A DNA stretch of 64,000 nt from contig KZ538124.1 in NCBI GenBank assembly GCA_000934665.2, positions 1 to 64,000 of the forward strand. The letters run 5' to 3'. The notes beneath the pieces were generated by a model. It was not told the origin of the DNA and ran no database searches. It was given only the letters and a program-made list of their open reading frames with translations. Both the position numbers and the translations under genes were made by a program. This document shows positions 1-14,025 of the stretch, piece after piece (position 1 is the stretch's first letter; every line of letters starts with the position of its first letter). The DNA is from Catajapyx aquilonaris. Taxonomy: Eukaryota.

Positions 1-3000
1 CTGCACCTGGCACACTGATTGGCGGGAGAAAAAGTCGCGGACGATTCCATAACAGTCCGACAATCTTTTTGACCCTGATAGTACGTCTCATGGTTTAAAG
101 AGCAAGCCAGCTACATTACGCTTTTAAATATCACAACACCGCCTGCAGTGAAAGAAAATAACTATAGGCAGTGCGTGTGGGCGTAAGTCCTTGTGCACCT
201 AACTGTTTTGAAAAACTCTTTTAAAGTAACCAATTTGAATATACTCTAGCTGAGGTTTTCTTTTAGTTTGGTCGCCATGTTATTTGAATGTAGTTTTTTC
301 ATAACCTGAAGCCCTAACACTTCATAATAGGAGTAATGAGCATACCCTGCACATTATGTAATGATTGGTGAATGTCATATGTTGCAGGATGTAATTTATG
401 GAATATTTTCTATTGTTCTTCCCAACGGTCTAGAATGAATTGCTACATCAGAGCCATTAGGGAGAGAGATTATTTGGCCTTTGAAGAATCTCAACAGGGA
501 TTTGCATTATTGCAAAATATTATTATACCATACACAGCTTGCAACTTTTCCATCCTACGTATCATCCAAGCTACAAATGAATATAGTCTGCATCAACTAG
601 CCAGCTTTGTGCTCAAAAGCCATAACTTTCATATCTCATATACTGTATAACGTTATTGCAATCAAATTGCATTTTTACTTTGTGGTTCGCTATCTCATTT
701 GGACAGCTGTCATGCCGTCGTCTTCGTCGTCCCCATTTTGCCAACATGTTTCCCTTTGTCACTACGACCAGTGATCGGTATCAGAGCATGCACCATGTTA
801 TAGAGCTCTCTATTCAACGCATTCTGCTTTGCCCAGCAGAATATTGGCGTATTTTTGCCTTGACACAAAAATATCACGACTATATCGCTAAACAACAAAA
901 AAGAAGAGTTTGCTTTACTTCAGGGGAGGGTTCACGACTAGGCTACATATTTGATATTCTTTGAAAACGGTTCTACCTTCAGTCTATAGAGAACATACGC
1001 ATTTTGAACCAAACTACCCAGAGATGAAAGCAGAGGAGGGGCAGGGCCTTCATCTGATATTTAGGTGGCAGTGCATGGAAAAGCACGAGAAAATGCGAGG
1101 AACCTCATTTTGGCAACCTACTAGACATCATCATGCTCCTTTGTTATGCACTCTATAAAGAAGCACCTAATTGCTCGCAGAATAATAGCTTCTCGTAAAC
1201 TGCCTAATGAATGCCAAAAAAAAAGTATTGAACGGGCCATTACGACAAGGGTGCACAACAACATTGGCGGTGCATTTTTATTTAATAATTGAGTTCCTTC
1301 GATCCGAGCTCAAGCCACCTCTGTACAAAGTTGAATGGACAAGACGTAATCAGCTCGACAATCACTTGACATGCCTGTCACGTCCCTGACGTACTAACAC
1401 TCGCAGATGACAAGATATGATACTATGGCTCAATCCCCATTTTTGCGACCTTGCTCTTCTTCCTTGTTGCTCTCTCTCGTCATGTCAGAAGCTTCCGGAA
1501 CAACCCATATTTCCAGCTTATTTTTATACCCCTTTAAAAAATTTCGGCGTGCAAAATGACAGGGTATGCTAGACTGTGCGTGAAAAGATGTGCGTCACGA
1601 TCTTATTTGTTTTTCCATTCTATTGCCTAATAATACTTGCTTCTGCGTGCCTGAACCTTTTTCAGGTATTATATAGCCCCGCATAGGCCCCCAGAATTTC
1701 TGATAGTTCATTTCTCCCACGCCGCTAACCGTTAATTGGCGTGCTGTTCACAAGATCGAACAACCGATACACGGGTTATATCGATCACTAAGAAAGGCTA
1801 CGTGTCCCGAATGATGTAATGCCCGTTAGCGTCATTCCATTGATAAACTGCGATTCGAAAAAAAATAAACATGTGCAGTTTGCGGAAATTCATTAATCCG
1901 CCGCTGCATTATTATAATTCATATGCAAAAATCAAATAATTTTAATACAATTCCGCATATAGCATTGTTGCAAATTTTTCCAATTTACATCTAATACCAT
2001 ATTGGATGTAATTATTATTATAAAACTTCATAATGTTGAATGACTAGTAATACATTGTTGCAAAAATTTAGCCATTAATTTTCTGTGTATCTAATCAAAG
2101 TTTTGATCTGCTTATTTCTTTTGCTAATAATACAACTTCATAGTCGTGCTGTAATGACCGCCTAAAAACAAATGGTATAACTCACGCAGCCCAACTGCGC
2201 CATTATTCATTTACGCACTAATTACCTCGCGATATAACGTCTCACGCCACATTTTTTTTTGCATGCAGCATGATTCACCGCTTCTCACATTTCATACTGA
2301 CTAATCTGACTTCAGACATCAAAAACCCTGTGGGGGTGTCACCTTACCTTCCTCTTCGATCCCTGGCTTATTACTGCTAGGCAAATGATCCAACGGAATT
2401 TGCACCTCTTTGGCACCCCCCAGGCATCGTTTGAGCAGGTCCCACACCATAAATGTCGCGCACGTGTCACTATTATAAACAAATAAAAATCACGTGTCCG
2501 TACGGAGTGTCACCCGCACACGTACTCACGCGTCCGGTCCATAAGGCGAACTGAGTGCATGTTGACCCGGGCCTACTGTATACCCCCGAAAAAAAACATG
2601 CCCCCCCCCNCCCCCCTTTCCTTTTCCTACTGGCCCCCAACTCCACACAGGCCCCCACTTTGGGACATAATTATTTTCGGGGTGTCTGGCTTCCAGACGG
2701 CTTCCTAGCAATGTTGCAATGTTTTAAAATGAGTTTAAATCGTGGGAATTTGGCAGGGTGCAATCGATCCGTATAGCTAGAAATTTTTGGCAAAGTCCGC
2801 TATTACCTAACGGCTAATCACAATGGCACGCAAACTGGGCAAATATCAATAAGTGGGCTCGCACAGTGACGACATAAACTAGGAGGGGTCATAAAGTGCA
2901 TTGTTGTCGTAAAATAACACTTGCTCTGTGGGTGTGTGTGTGCGCAAAGAACCGCAAACAGTGATACCAATCTTGGATGGCTATATAGTGCATGAGCTAG

Positions 3001-6000
3001 TAGTACAGTCAATAGCAAGTGATTATCTACTCTTGACAAGGTCATTGGCGACTAATCCGGAACTCCCAATAGTGTGGGAAATGCGGCGGCTACAAAAACC
3101 TGGATCAATGGTTTTAGAAGCCGCGGAACAATTTCGAGCCTCACGAATAGTACCGAGGTGGGGGGAAAAAAATGTTAGGCCTATTTATTTGCAGGGGCAC
3201 GTGCTGCTCTTTTTTTGGGAGGGAGGGGTACCTCTTCTGCATGGGCACACTTGACATTATGCGGAAAAATGCGATGACAGGGACTGGCATGAGTGATGCC
3301 TGTGGTTGTGGTACGGCCTTCAAAATGTGACGGGTTATGTACTGTACTGTCGGAGGTATAAACTACAGGACTGGTTTCATAAGCAAATAATTATTATGCA
3401 TTATTCATAAACGGATGATTTTTTGAACAATAATGAATTAGTTCACATTACTGTATTTTTCGTGAGCCTCATTATTTTAGGCATGCATTTAGTATTTAAA
3501 AAAAGATATCTCCCAGGTAGTAACTGTACTGCATAAATACTGAAAAGAACATACATATTTTATACTGTTTATTATTTTACACAGTTCTACCAGTGAGCTG
3601 AAAATACAGACCGTTCCGGGGGGAAAAGTATATGGTGCTTCAGGAAAACTAAAATTAAATGCAGGCACTATGTACTCTAAAAAACCCGAACAAGTCCGTT
3701 GCTTTCATTATTTTGCATTATAGCTTGTGCCCTGTATTACAAGCAAAAAATGCGTACACATGATAAAGTGAACACCGAGAGAGGTAGGTATTGCTTTGAG
3801 TTGTTTTGGCCGCTGACTGTATGTGTTCACGCTCATTTCCAGCGTGCTCATATGCATGCAAATGATGTGACATGAAATCCAATATAATACACGATGCCAC
3901 CCAGATGACATTATAACGAATGAACACGTGCGCGTAACAAATTTTGCTGTTTGGCTCTTCAGCACTTTGAAGAGTAAATGCGCTTTATATACAAAAGGTC
4001 ATAGAAATACGCATGATTGCTGACATTGGCAGTAAAATATGCAAGGACTGTACATATTACAGAACCTATACTCCTGTTCCAATTTCATATAAGTAACAGC
4101 TTTAAATATTTACTGATATTTCTCGGCACCAATGAACATTCACTATGAGAAACGCAAACATTGCTTCTTATAGGTTCATATAGGTCAGAACCAAATTACA
4201 TCCTTGTTCAATAGGTATATTACAGTTATTGAAATTTTCACGATAAGACTTTGCTGTGGGATATAGGTCAGAGGTTTGAAGCTCCAACACCAAACATTTT
4301 TCTGATGATATAAGGTAGAAGGTGCACTAAAGGGTCTGATATGACGGTAAATGTGCGTTTGGTACATGTGGAAATAATTTGCAAGTCAAAAACCTGTTAC
4401 TCTCAGTAGGCAGTATTTCATGAGTACTTGCTGCTTTCTAAATATCACTTACGACGTATTACGCCGGATGTCTGCTTGATCATTACATACCGGCCCGTAC
4501 TTTTGTTGCCACTCGCACGCTGATTTTCTATTTATATTATTTTCCTATAGATTTCATCAAAATCCCATTTACACAAACACGTCAGCTACAACTGGCATGA
4601 TGCTGAAGCTATTCCCCTTTGTACGTATTCCGTTTGTACCGCTGTACATTATTATTTTCATTTGCACTCACCCAATGAATATTTTTTTTAAACTGAACAA
4701 TGACTGAATATTGAAACGCAGACATTCTTTGTGGTCACAAAATGAGAGTGTCAGTGCATTGACTTGCGTTAGATCCTCGGGGCCTGGGTTGGAGGGGTGG
4801 AAGCCACTAATGCGATTAAAAAAGAGGTCGTCAACATTTTGCATTCAGTAAACGTGCTGAATAGGAACGTAATCGACACACGGCCAGTACTTTTACATGC
4901 CCCGAACCACTAACACTATGATGCAAAATTGCATGATTCTATTGTTGTTGTTGCGTAACAGGATCTGACTGGACAACCGGAGAATTTTTCTGACCAAAAA
5001 ATGCTGTTTTATTTAAGTATTTGGACCAGTTTTCAGAGCATATATGCAGAGAAATGCAGCTTTCGGTTTTGTAGAAGTGAGTAAGGTCGCGCATTTCTGA
5101 GGAATGAGGCGGGGAATTGAGTCTGACAGACTTCTCCCTTCTTGCCTCTGGAGGCAATGAGCCACAGCAGCCTGCCATTAAAGGGACCCCCAGAATTTTT
5201 CTTCTTTCTTTTCATTTTTTGTTGTGGAAAAAAGGACCAGGGTGGGAGGAGATGAAGTGGTGGGTGTGAAGAAAGTGACCTCTTCTTCTCTACTTATATT
5301 TTTTGAGGGAAAGAGTCCCGCCTCTTTTTGGAGGGCCAGAAGTTGTAAAGTCCAGCTCTGTCGTGCGCATCTGGTGAATGCTTGACTCCGTGGCTTTATC
5401 CCATTGCAGCCGACTTTATGAGTTTCAAGGGAGCTGTAGTAGGAAGCGCTAAAGGATGTAACTCTGATGATTCTCCGAGGGTTGTTGGAGAAGGAAGGAA
5501 GGAAGAAGAAAGGTGTTGGCCTAGTTACAACAAAAAATATAAGATGTAGACATTTATGCAAACATAGTTTACTGTCGAAGGTTTTACGACTGGAAAATAT
5601 TAAAAGCCGTTTCGTTTCGTACAACAAAAGACCGCCCGAGTAAACAAAAGGCGTAAGATCTCGCCTCTTGCCAAATACACTATTAAAAGTAGCTCGCCGA
5701 AGCCACTGTTTACCAGTTTCACTTTGTGCTTTACCTGTCGACAGAGATAGAAAAACCATCGCCCTTGACAAGATATTATTTCCCTCCAAGTTACATCACC
5801 TCGGCTTCTTCTTCTTCTTCTTCTTATTCTCTCTTTTTTTGGTGGGTTCCAAGTCTGACAAATGTGCGAGACGAATTTGGCAGGAAGGATGCTGCCTCTT
5901 ACATGCAGCTTCCTTTCCACTCCATCATACTCACGATCGCTTGTATTTATGGCCTCCAAGTCGAATGCTGCGTACTTGGGTAGATGCCCTTGACCGAGTC

Positions 6001-9000
6001 AACATCAGGAATCTTCTCGGCAAGTCTCAGCATCATGGACCATGAGAAATCGCTCCATTCTATAAGATCTGTGAACATTTTTCTTTTTGGCAAGAGACGC
6101 TGCATATTCGTAGCAGGAGACGATGGAATGAGCGAAAGGAGATGAAGGATGCGAGTGAGAGAAAATTATTTTAGTCCTCCCAGGTGGAAGAATAGCCGTG
6201 ACTTCAAAGGAGGAACCCCCCNCCCCCCCCCCGAGAAGTTATTTGGCAGAGGAAATGGTGATTTAACCACATTTTTAAGAGTTATCCTTGTCTTTTTTCA
6301 GACTTTGAATGCCCTTGCCTTTTCTCCACCTTGTAAGACGTAATGGAATTGGGCAATTTGCACATCACGCGCCAAAATAAAAGGATGCTGTAAGGACCAA
6401 AATGGTCAGAAATTGGACGTTTGCGTTCTATAATTTGCTGTGAGCTGTTTTCCCATTTTGCATTTACGTAAAATGGTACCTACTGCATGGGAGTAAAATT
6501 ATTATTTTCAGCTGTAAAAATTACTGACTGAATTTGTCACATTTTAAGCAAATAAATAATGTCTATATGGCGAAATAAAAATAAATAAATGGAAAATAAT
6601 GCAGCAATTTGAGTAAAACAATAACAAAATTAATAGTAAAATGATGATACACCCAGTAGGTTACTGTAGTAATATAATAAAATGCAGGTATATTTAATTC
6701 GGCTTAAGCTGTACTTTTCAGGCAATGTTACCGCAAGAACTAATTAAAATCGGCAAAAACACCTTCAAAATTAAATGAGACAAGTGAAATAAAATATGCT
6801 CAAAATTAATGGATACTATCTATTGCAGAGATAATTTACAAATGAACTTGGCCTTGACAGATCAGGTGATCATTACGTAGAAAGTTTCACCGTCAAAAAT
6901 TTGATGTGTAAGAATATGCAAGAAATATAGAGACGCCGCAGCTGCATAAATCCGGTTATTAATATCCATTGCTAAAATACATCGTTATTGAAACATCCTA
7001 TATGGACAAACAAAGGCATCGTTAGTCACTTACTTGCAAAATGTTTGCATTACGGTACGTGCTAAGGAACATGACTGTCAGACCTTTGCAATCGCTTTTC
7101 GCAAACCAGTGAAGAAATCAGCGCACGCACGTCACATCCAAATGCACGTAATAAGCGCAGTGAGTGAGCTCATTAATTAGTGCGACATTTAGTCCCACTC
7201 TTTTCATCGGGGATCAGGGAAGAGGGACGAATAAAAAACGTTCTTGATTAGTGTCACAATGGTCGAGATATGTCTTCGGCGAAGTCAATTACAGGGGCAC
7301 TGTTGTCATCACTTATAAATGAGGAAGGCGTCTTTGCTGTCTGTCGTCGTGCGTTTTAATTGGAAACCTGTGTTGGCCTAAAACTTTTATTAAAACCGGG
7401 AGCTCATCTTTTTAACCAGAGCATTTTTTTCCCCCAGGCCATTCCAGACGAAAAATAACCTGCGAAAGAAAATTCTTCTGTCTTGAGTTAGTCCCTGTGC
7501 AGTCATTTCTCAAGTTACTCGAATGATTAGCATGAGTGCTATGAAGGCAGATGTGACAAATAAACAGTTATATGTGATGTGGGCAGCTGTCGGCCTCACA
7601 CCTTGTAATTGCTAACCTGGCATATCACCAAAATTTCGTAATAGTCACAAACCAAAATTCAAGTTGGCAAACACTGTATCTATAGGAGCGAAACATGGCT
7701 CTAAATAAAACACAGCGCAAATATTGTCAGAAGATATGCAATTATCCGGCTTGCTGGTATTAAAATTCTATAATTTCTGACATTATGCAAGTTACAGGCT
7801 TTGGTTATCAACACCTGAAAAGTTCCAATAAGCGAACCTGACCAATGTTTTCTACCCAATCCGGAATGCAATTATGCAATTGTAATTAGTTTTAATCGCA
7901 AAGCTGTTGTCGATACGGCAGTGAGGGTATGCATGTCAATATCATTCCGCTCGAAATGTCACACACGCGGCTGTCCAAGAACACACGCAGTTCACCTGCC
8001 TGTTTATATTGTGGGGGGCTATAAAATTGATTCGACTAAACTTTTGCACCTATAATAGACTCTAGATATTAAATTCCCTGTACTACCAATTGTCAAACAC
8101 ATATAGTTGGGATATATCGATAAAACGTTTGTCTCTTGTCAGGAGTGGTACTAAAAATACCTTTCGGGAATTGAGGTGTAAGAGCTCCTGCTCTCTCTCT
8201 TATCGAGGGCACGAAAGAGGAAAAGCTCGGCTCGAAAAGCCCCGAGATTTAGTGCCGTTGCTTCCTGTCCTGTTTCGCGTCGCCGGACGACCCAAATGCC
8301 TGATTACTACTGTGAGTTACAAGGAGGGCGGGGGAAGCCTTCAATGCGACCCGAATACAAATTTTACAGTCCTCAAGTCGCGAGCCAGACTCCTATTTAC
8401 TATACGTTCAAATCCAGAATGGCAACACTGTTGGAGTTGAGGTGGGATAATTTGTTTTGCAAATTTGGCTGTTTAAAAAAAAATTAGCAGCTCGATACAC
8501 TTTTTAGTTTCGAGCTGTTTGGTTTTCATCGAGAGCATGTGAGAGAGGTAGTTTTTTTTAAAAAAAATTGCAATGTATGTGAGAAATTACCCGCGAGTGT
8601 TTCAGTGTGAACTCGGTTACATGACTAATTGATAATTGCGGAACTGCAATGTCATTATCACTTTTATTGAAATAGGCCTTGAGAAATATACGACCACTGC
8701 AGTGAGCACACGGCAAGGAAAAAAATATAAAAAACAGTGAGACACTGTAGATTGCCCGAGGGATACTTCTTGCAGTTCAGATTGTAAAAAAAATGAAAGT
8801 GAAGAAACCTGCGTGAGTAATGACTGATTGGTACATTCGCACGTGCTCCTATAATTATACTTCTTTAGCAACGCCTGCAATCTACCTATTGTTTTAAAAA
8901 TAATGAACAAATACTTCGGACAGAAAAATTTACTGCATCAATAAATATTTGAGAATATTATTTATTCGTTATAAAAAGCACTATGAAGGAATTATTGCAT

Positions 9001-12000
9001 TGTGAATGTGCCCTTATTGCTCCATTAACAACGCCCATTACCACCTATTGCCTGGTAAAACTTGTCCATAAAAAGCTCTACTGTACATCAACATGTACCT
9101 GGCAATATTATTTATAAATTACACGAAACAATAATATTTATTATGAAGCCATATCTCGTCATATAAAATTCTAAATGGCTGTCATTTTCCATCTTCCTCC
9201 AGTTTCGCAACCTAGTTACAATGTAGAATATTTGGAGTAACCATGTTATGCTCCTAATTATTGTGGTATTTATGCAATCATCCATGGATTATTACTTGAG
9301 TGAACTTCCTCGTAAATAGGCAGCACCATTTCCCGGTCCTGCCTCAAAGGTTTTAAAAATGCAACTAAAATTAATGGTCTCGAACTGAAGCCTTTGTCAA
9401 TCCTCCTTGTTACTGAATCGTTACACGGTAGCAAGATCATAACTTAAGACATGAAACGTTTTGTTCCTTTCCCATAATGCACTTGCCACATGACTGAGTT
9501 TGCGGTCCTTTTTATCTGTGCCTTCGCAAGAGTGGAGAAAAGTAGAGTGCGCACTATAGGTAGTAGAGAGAGAGAAGAGTTTGAAGGATGCCGAAAACCA
9601 GAGGAAGCTTTTGAGCCCTGCCAGTGGGCCAAGTGAAGTAAAGGTCTCGTGGGACATCCCATCCCATCTCTTGTATTCATGGCTGCTGGTCGCGCCCTCG
9701 ATGCTTCTGCTGGAGGTAGAAGAAGAAGAAGACCTTTCGAAGTGATTATGGTATTCCTACATGTAACCAAGGCAAGGCAAGGAAAACACATCCCCAGCAT
9801 CAGCCCAACTTTCTTTTTCAAATTTGCAAAAAAAAAGTGCAACAAGGGATCCGGATTGTTATTCATGGGTTCTATTATTAGACGGCCCGATGTGATCCTA
9901 ACCCTTGAAATTTGATCTCATGCTGCATCACGTTAAGTATTGGCTGCAGATGGATCGAGCACTCAGCAGTTGTTGCCTGTAGCATGAAATATTCAAATGC
10001 GGTGTTAGTAAAAAAAAAGGGCGGAATTAATTTGCCTTAAGTGGTTCGCTGAAAACTACAGGGTGATGCACAGTGGCCATAATATCAGTTGGAGAGCTCT
10101 TGTAATAATTTTATTATTAAAAGTATATGAGCTGCATTTTGTTTGCTAATGTTTAATAAGACTGTATTAATTAGAGTCATGTGAAGCTATTTTGACGAAG
10201 AAAGAAGTGTAATAATTTTTGCAGTGGAAACACTTTATGTGTTTGGTGTGATTATGGAGGATTTTTGCAGTGTTTTTTTATATGGCAAATTTAATTTTAA
10301 TGACGTTGCTTTTGAATTTAATGGACGTTGGAATGTTTTTTGTGGTGTTCGCATTTGCATGCACTATACTGCACAGAAGTAATACGTTAAAACTACGCAT
10401 TTCATAATTTTCCCAGATGAATAATATTGATATGATTTAACAATGACATGCACACGTATCGGACCTTGCACGCGATTAAGTTCAAAACAGCGATGTTTAC
10501 CATTTTCCCACAATTTTTTAAATTCTAACGACACGCACTGGAGAGAATATGCAAACCGATAGTTTTAAACCAATTAAAGCTGGATTTCACGTACAGTACA
10601 GGCAGACCCCGTTTTACGACAGCTTTAGGTTCCAGCAGGGTCGTAAAATGAAAAGTGGTAACGTAAGCGTACCTGCAATGCACCACGAAAAAATTTTGCA
10701 AATCCTGCATTTTACATTTTCATATGATGCGAATTCTGTACAGTACAGCTACTGTCTTATACGTAAATAATTATTATGACTAACCTTGGTGCTTCATAAC
10801 TTAAAAGCTCAGCAGGTAACTAACGACTCCCCAGAATAATGCGGCACATGCCTCTCTGTACACTGGGAGCCTGATGCTGGGAGTGAACCCTGGAATTCCT
10901 GCACCCTTTAATGTACTTCATACCTCCAAGCAACGCATATCAAGTTAATGTGAGTGTGCGAGTCCTCCATTGTCCCTTCCTCGTTTTTTTCGCCCCTGTT
11001 TACATCCCATGCATGGTTCCGCCCCAAAATAGAGCCGGGCCCCCCCGTAAGTCAGGTTTTGTCAGCAGCTAACAGAACACGCTCTCCGGATTTTACACCT
11101 CCCGGTTCACTTTGAGCATCAGAGTAATGGTGCAAAACTAACAGGTAGTATATGGTGTGCTGCCCTGAAGTAAAATGAGTGGGAAGCTTTGCCTTTGTCA
11201 TTCGGCTAATGGTCAAGCAGGGTACAGCCTCAAGTGTATAGCAGAGAGGTCACACCGTTTTCGTCACGTTGCATCCGATACATTAACCATCACAAGTGGC
11301 GAATCCCTGGATTTTTGCACACCGACGAGCCTCTTCAATGAAGCTGTGTGGAATCCCAAGGGAGGTTGAGCACCCCCCGCAAAAAAAATAATTTTTGCGA
11401 GCCAATGCTCCATTGGAAACTCGGAGAACTGTGTGCTAACGCGTGCAAGCGACATGCGAAATATTCGGCACGTTTTTGTTAGTTTTTTTCCGTTCTTTTT
11501 TTAAGCAAAAAATAGAGAGCCAGTCCTCGCTTGCCTGCCAGTGCTCTCTCTTTTATTACACTTTAGGCGTCATTCGATGGGCTGTTGGAGTAAATTTTCA
11601 TTTAGGAGTGATGGCCAAGTGGTACCTTTTCTATTCCACAGTTAGTGTTTTTACCTTTTTTCAAAAGCCAGGGAAAGGTGCTTCGTAGAAATGAGATGTT
11701 GTTTATTCCCCCGGTTGGAGTAAAAAGTCATTTAAAAAATGAGGGCTAAAATGGAGCGAACACTTTTTTGGACTTTATGAGTCATGATGTATATAGCACA
11801 CTGTAGTTTTGTTACATTAGAGTGACTCCGACATTCAATGGCCGACAGACGAGGATTTCAAGTGAAAATAAAGGCTAATGCAGAATTCAAATATTTTCTA
11901 AATACTTAGAAGCACTGCTTCTTTCAAATAATAGCGTGTATAATATTAAAGTACTAACTAACAACAGGAATAACACGCCACAGTAAATATTTCCCATGGT

Positions 12001-13610
12001 TACACGTACATTATAATTATAACCTTACATAAACAGAAGCTGCTCCCACCCTTCGTCACCTTGACCCTTACTAGTGGCACATGACTTAATGAAACTTACA
12101 TATAGCACAGCTCCACCTAATTAAAATCATCTGAATTCAAATGATTTAAACGCGGAAAATTTAATATTTACATTTATATGGCTGCTTATATCAAGAAATA
12201 TCCTCAGAAAAATTATTATGCACTGAATATGGATTTACAATGGATAATCAAGTTTTTTCCTCAATTATTTGAGATTATACAACTTGCTCTTATTGCAGAA
12301 AGTTTTAAAAGGAAGTCTATTGGCGTTTTCCGCATATGGCGCCAAAAACATTAGTGCATATGAGGTGTTATGCGACAGCTAGCTTTCTCATACGTTGCTC
12401 ATATGATGTTATATAACAACCGGTTAAGTCTGGTAAAGAATGTAAAAACCATTGCATGTTTAATGTTTAAGAGAGGCTTACCGTCTGCAGGACCTAAGAC
12501 ATGGTTACTTAGGCCTGCATAACTTGTCATTAATGTATCGGGTAAAACCGGAAGAGTTTAGTTACAGTACCTAAATTATCAGAAATCGTAGACCCTATGC
12601 ATTTTAGAGAAAATGTGACTTTTTAGTTGCAGTTATATGAAAATTGAAATGCTTGACTACTGTAGTAGAATATTCGGCCTAACTTGAAAAATCTATCTGC
12701 CCTTTCCTTTCAGCTGTATCTTTATGGAATTTCGTGCTGTGAACATTTTCCACCCTCCTCTGCTGACTACAGGGAAAAAATCTGGGCTCCTACGACATGA
12801 CTGGATTCCAATTCATTCGTATCCTTTCATCCAGTAGGCCATTTCAAGGGTTTCTTGCTTGGAGAATCTCGCCAATTCGTGAAATGGAACATTTCTAGTC
12901 CCAGGAGTGTGGTGTCTTCTATGCGGTGCTCTACAACGCAGGTGCATTATGTGTCTGAAAATTCTGTGACAAACTCGTTGAATTAAAAAAAATAAGCAAT
13001 GTGCGTGTCTGTGTTTTCTGCGTTTGCAAAAACAATCTCAGTCCAATAATGACGCATGAGAATAATTATTTCAGTATGGGAATTATAAATCTCAGGAATA
13101 AACTATGTGTTACAAAACTCAGACAGTGAGGACGTAGGGTAATCATTTATATACGCGCTTGGCGTGGAGGTAATTCAAGGTCGAAAACAATTGCTCGGAC
13201 TTTCCCACTATTTTAATTTCATTTTCTGAATTCTCATCCTGAGGAGTATTTCGCACACTGCTTAAGAAGGACTATTCATATAGTCAATTGCACTTGAACA
13301 ATGTCCACGATGCATAGACTATCCTCGCTCAATTTTTAAAAGGTTTCCAAATGAATTTTATGTAAATTACTCGACATAAAATTTGAACGTGCGTAAATTT
13401 TTAATACAAAAACTTTTCAAGTAAGAAGGGTTTTACCTGAATTACTGTCATTATATGCAAATTCATGGCACTTCTTCCCATCAAGTATAGATAAAAATTG
13501 CTTTGCAGATATGTATTAGCCATTTACTGGAACCCGTAATTTCTAGCGGGGTTCAGCCCGTTAAAGTGCAGGTTGCATGTGGTAAAATCTCTTAGCATTA
13601 AATACCAGTT

Positions 13611-13765
13611 TTTATTATTTTGCTCTTATCCTTTGTTACATCTTTAATATTATCAACGCAACATATTATAATAATTCATTCCTTCACATCCCTTGTAGTA
13701 CTGTAGCATTTTAAGTATGGTTTACCCTCACCTCCCCACGTTGGAGTTGCTCACTCTGATTTATT
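13611..13765 (-). terminator. Candidate poly(A) signals of paralog A
   Basis: AATAAA on the minus strand at 13760-13765 and 13611-13616, downstream of the stop at 14026. Confidence 0.4.
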
Positions 13766-14025
13766 TGCCAGTACAGAGAGTATAGTGGACAACGTAATCT
13801 GGCGTCTTGGCTTACATGGCATAAAGTCGATAGGAACATGCCTACAGCTTTGGCTTTGTAACCGTCTAAACGCAATTTAACGAATTCAATTACATGAACG
13901 AAGATCACAGTGTTAGTACCCAATGTATTCATAATATTCCAATAGTGACAGTAGGTTAAACAGAAAGAAATCAACCTCGTTTGTGTATTATAGTAACAGA
14001 CGGATAGTTATTGGCTTCAGGACAT

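Noticed and set aside
5178..5789. 203-aa minus-strand ORF located about 9 kb beyond paralog A, where a fourth copy might be expected
   Set aside because: Non-ATG start, no HPGG or His boxes, and low-complexity F/S/L/K composition arising from purine/pyrimidine tracts.
7799..7811. Partial matches to conserved miRNAs (miR-9-like ctttggttatc here; let-7-like tgaggtagt at 35889; miR-10-like accctgtag on the minus strand near 10057 and 51678)
   Set aside because: The matches stop after 9-11 nt and I saw no supporting precursor hairpin.
8406..8415. B-box-like GTTCAAATCC (tRNA or SINE)
   Set aside because: No A-box at suitable spacing and no cloverleaf.
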